DNA of 64,000 nt from Paragordius varius (taxonomy: Eukaryota; Animalia; Nematomorpha), in the NCBI GenBank assembly GCA_964247055.1, contig OZ176051.1:11160001-11224000 (forward strand), written 5' to 3'. Below are positions 61,657-64,000 of this stretch, in pieces. How positions within the stretch are numbered: the stretch's first letter is position 1; each line of letters starts with the position of its first letter. Position numbers and translations under genes: made by a program. The notes under the pieces were generated by a model. That model had not been told where the DNA came from. It saw only the letters and a list, made by a program, of their open reading frames with translations, and ran no database searches.

Positions 61657-62124
61657 CCATTTGCACAAGAGTGTCCTTGAACATTTCAGGTTGGTACTTG
61701 AACACTTCAAGTTGGTCCTAAAATTTTTAAGTTTGGATTTTAACCTAATTTTATATATTTGCTCACTTTAAAATAAAAATTTATATTCAAACCTTTTTTT
61801 GTTGATTTTTTTCCAATTTAACCAAATTATTAATTCATTAACGTTTTTAATGAAAAATTATAATTAATAATCCAGAAAACTTTTATTTTTTTAATTACCT
61901 GTTAAAATCTATATTTTTTAAGATCTCAATAAAGATATACGGTTTCTGAATGATTAGAAATTGATATCGATTTAAAATTTATGTCAAATAAAAAATAGAT
62001 TAAAAATGATAAAATGGGTGAATAATACACTATTTGATTGATAAAAGTTAAAGACAATATAAAGACAAAGGTCCAATCAAGTGTTCATGGACCAACTCGA
62101 AGTGTTCTCTTAAGGTGCAAATAA
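61657..62124. mobile_element. MITE, CCATTTRCAC family (duplicate of 41432-42038)
   Basis: CCATTTGCACAAGAGTGTCCTTGAAC left end; fewer repeat units; same flanks as copy 1. Confidence 0.65.
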
Positions 62125-63189
62125 TATATGAAAGGCATGAAATAATAGCCGATTGAACTTTGCAGCATTCGTCAGGCCATTTTCCAACGTCTTCCAGATT
62201 ATTGAATTGCTGTCTGAGGGCGTGTGCCTGATAGACAGAGGTAATAATGGCCTTAAATAAATACGGTGGATGTGGAAGAATTCCCCATCGAAGCTATTTT
62301 AAGGTATCTTTCTGGTTTTGCTGTGGAATTGCCAAGTAACAAAATTACTTTGTAGTGTTTTCTGGCTCATTTCCGTTTTTAAATAAGGCATAATTTCATT
62401 TGATGCCGATAGCGTTGTGTATAAACGGTTTCACTGATGAGCTTTAAATACAAAACAGCATAATCTTCTTCTTAAGCGTGTCCTTGATATTGATAACCAT
62501 CTTGGGAAGCCAGAATTTATTCCCCTTTGGATCGACAGGGCCACTCTTCCCTCGTCACAATGCGATCAAAAAATGATTTGCTTTCACGAACAGGATTTTA
62601 CAATCCTCTTGGTGATTTTTAATTTGACGTTCATTCGAATGGTGTTATAACCATTATCAAGTTTATTGGTCGTTACCAATGCTCGAAATATGCACTGATT
62701 GTATTTTGTGGCCATCTAATACTTCTGCCAATTACCGTTGAATCCGAGTTGAATCATAATCCAATAATTCTGCCTTTTATTGTATTCTAAATTATGTGGC
62801 TCTTTCGAATTGAGATAACTTTCATCGAAACCAGGTTTACATGTGTTTATTGATGAGGCATGTTTACCGTGTTGACAGCAAACAATGACCTTCAACAGCC
62901 TGTTTCTTGTAAGAGAGAAATGCATCTGCAGTTAATCTTTTTCAGCCAAAAAATTTGACATGATTATTGAATGATATAAATAAGACTCTAATTTTTTCCA
63001 GCTCAATCTGTTTTTTTTGTCGTATATCAGATGAATAAAATGGCGTCTAGTCTAATTAATCTGCTTCGTATTTTTCGGTGAAGTCGTCTCTTAACTGAAG
63101 ACTTTTACAAATTAAATTTAATTATCAAGTATAATCATGCTATAGAATATAATCATTTATTTTTTGCAATTATTATAGTTATCTATATC

Positions 63190-64000
63190 TAAAGTGACCA
63201 GACGTCCCGTTTTTTTACACTTTGTCCCGCGTCCCGCTACGTTTTTTAAATGTCCCGCTTTTTCACGATTATATAAAAAAATAATTTTTTAAATACAAAT
63301 AAGTTTTTTTTATCCGTTTAAATTTTTTATCATTAAATATCTTTAAAATCTATATAATTATTAAATTAAAATTTTTTATTTTTAAATTAAAGATATTTAT
63401 TTTTTTCGAATTTATATCATATGATTATACACTTTCCTTCCTACTACTACTGTCATTATTATCAAAAAGCCAAGTTAATACCACAAATCTCTAGATTAAA
63501 AGACAAATTAATACCACAAATCGGTAGCTACGTTTATTTCAGATTAAGGTAATATAATATTACTATGCTAATATTTTAGTTTTATTACTTGCTAACATAT
63601 CAAAAAGCCAAATTAATACCATAAATCGGTAGCTTAAAAGACAAATTGATACCACAATTCGGTACCTTACACGTTTATTCCAGAAAATTAAGGTAATATA
63701 ATATTTATTATACTAATATTTTGGTTTTATTACTTCCCAAAGGCCAAATTAATACCACAAATCGGTAGCTTAAAAGACAAATTGATACCACAAATCGGTA
63801 CCTTACACGTTTATTCCAGAAAATTAAAGTATATAATATTATTATACTAATAGTAGTTTATAAATATGAACACAAAAAGAGGTTGTAAATTCAACGATGA
63901 ATTAATGAAAGATTTTCCTTTTATTAAAAAAAACGAAGAATGAATCATCTGTTAAATGTCTTGTATTCGAGGGGGAATGCACCCTAGCAAATGACGCATG
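63190..64000 (+). mobile_element. Blackjack-like hAT, left part (duplicate of 43116-), truncated by window end
   Basis: TAAAGTGACCAGACGTCCCG with the same left flank as 43116; transposase ATG at 63866. Confidence 0.88.

Larger units (their letters stand above)
54625..64000 (+). repeat. Direct segmental duplication, copy 2 (with a private hAT insertion)
   Basis: Collinear with 36845-43960 apart from the 55488-57898 insertion; continues beyond the window. Confidence 0.9.

Overview
Strongly AT-rich eukaryotic (invertebrate-type animal) genomic DNA with spliceosomal introns and dense transposon content; no prokaryotic features or CRISPR arrays. Host genes reconstructed by hand: a 3-exon ORMDL gene (+, 16446-20655), a convergent 4-exon Josephin deubiquitinase gene (-, 21185-27033) whose first intron holds a tRNA-Glu(CTC) gene and a near full-length RTE LINE, and two 2-exon Golgi carbohydrate sulfotransferase genes (37478-40408 and 55253-60615) in a >7 kb direct duplication, plus an orphan third first exon (50901-51045). 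Mobile DNA: a young Ty3/gypsy element with an intact ORF (30241-34826), several RTE LINE pieces, a decayed Penelope-like element, hAT elements (Blackjack-like x3, Buster-like x1, non-autonomous x2), TA-flanked MITEs, long foldback elements and a two-monomer satellite. Most striking: the Blackjack-like hAT carries, inside its own termini, a collinear but abridged antisense copy of its transposase gene, so the element is a potential built-in hairpin-RNA source. Also notable are a candidate HDV-like ribozyme at the LINE 5' end and the orphan sulfotransferase transmembrane exon. All alignments were made by eye; no searches were run.
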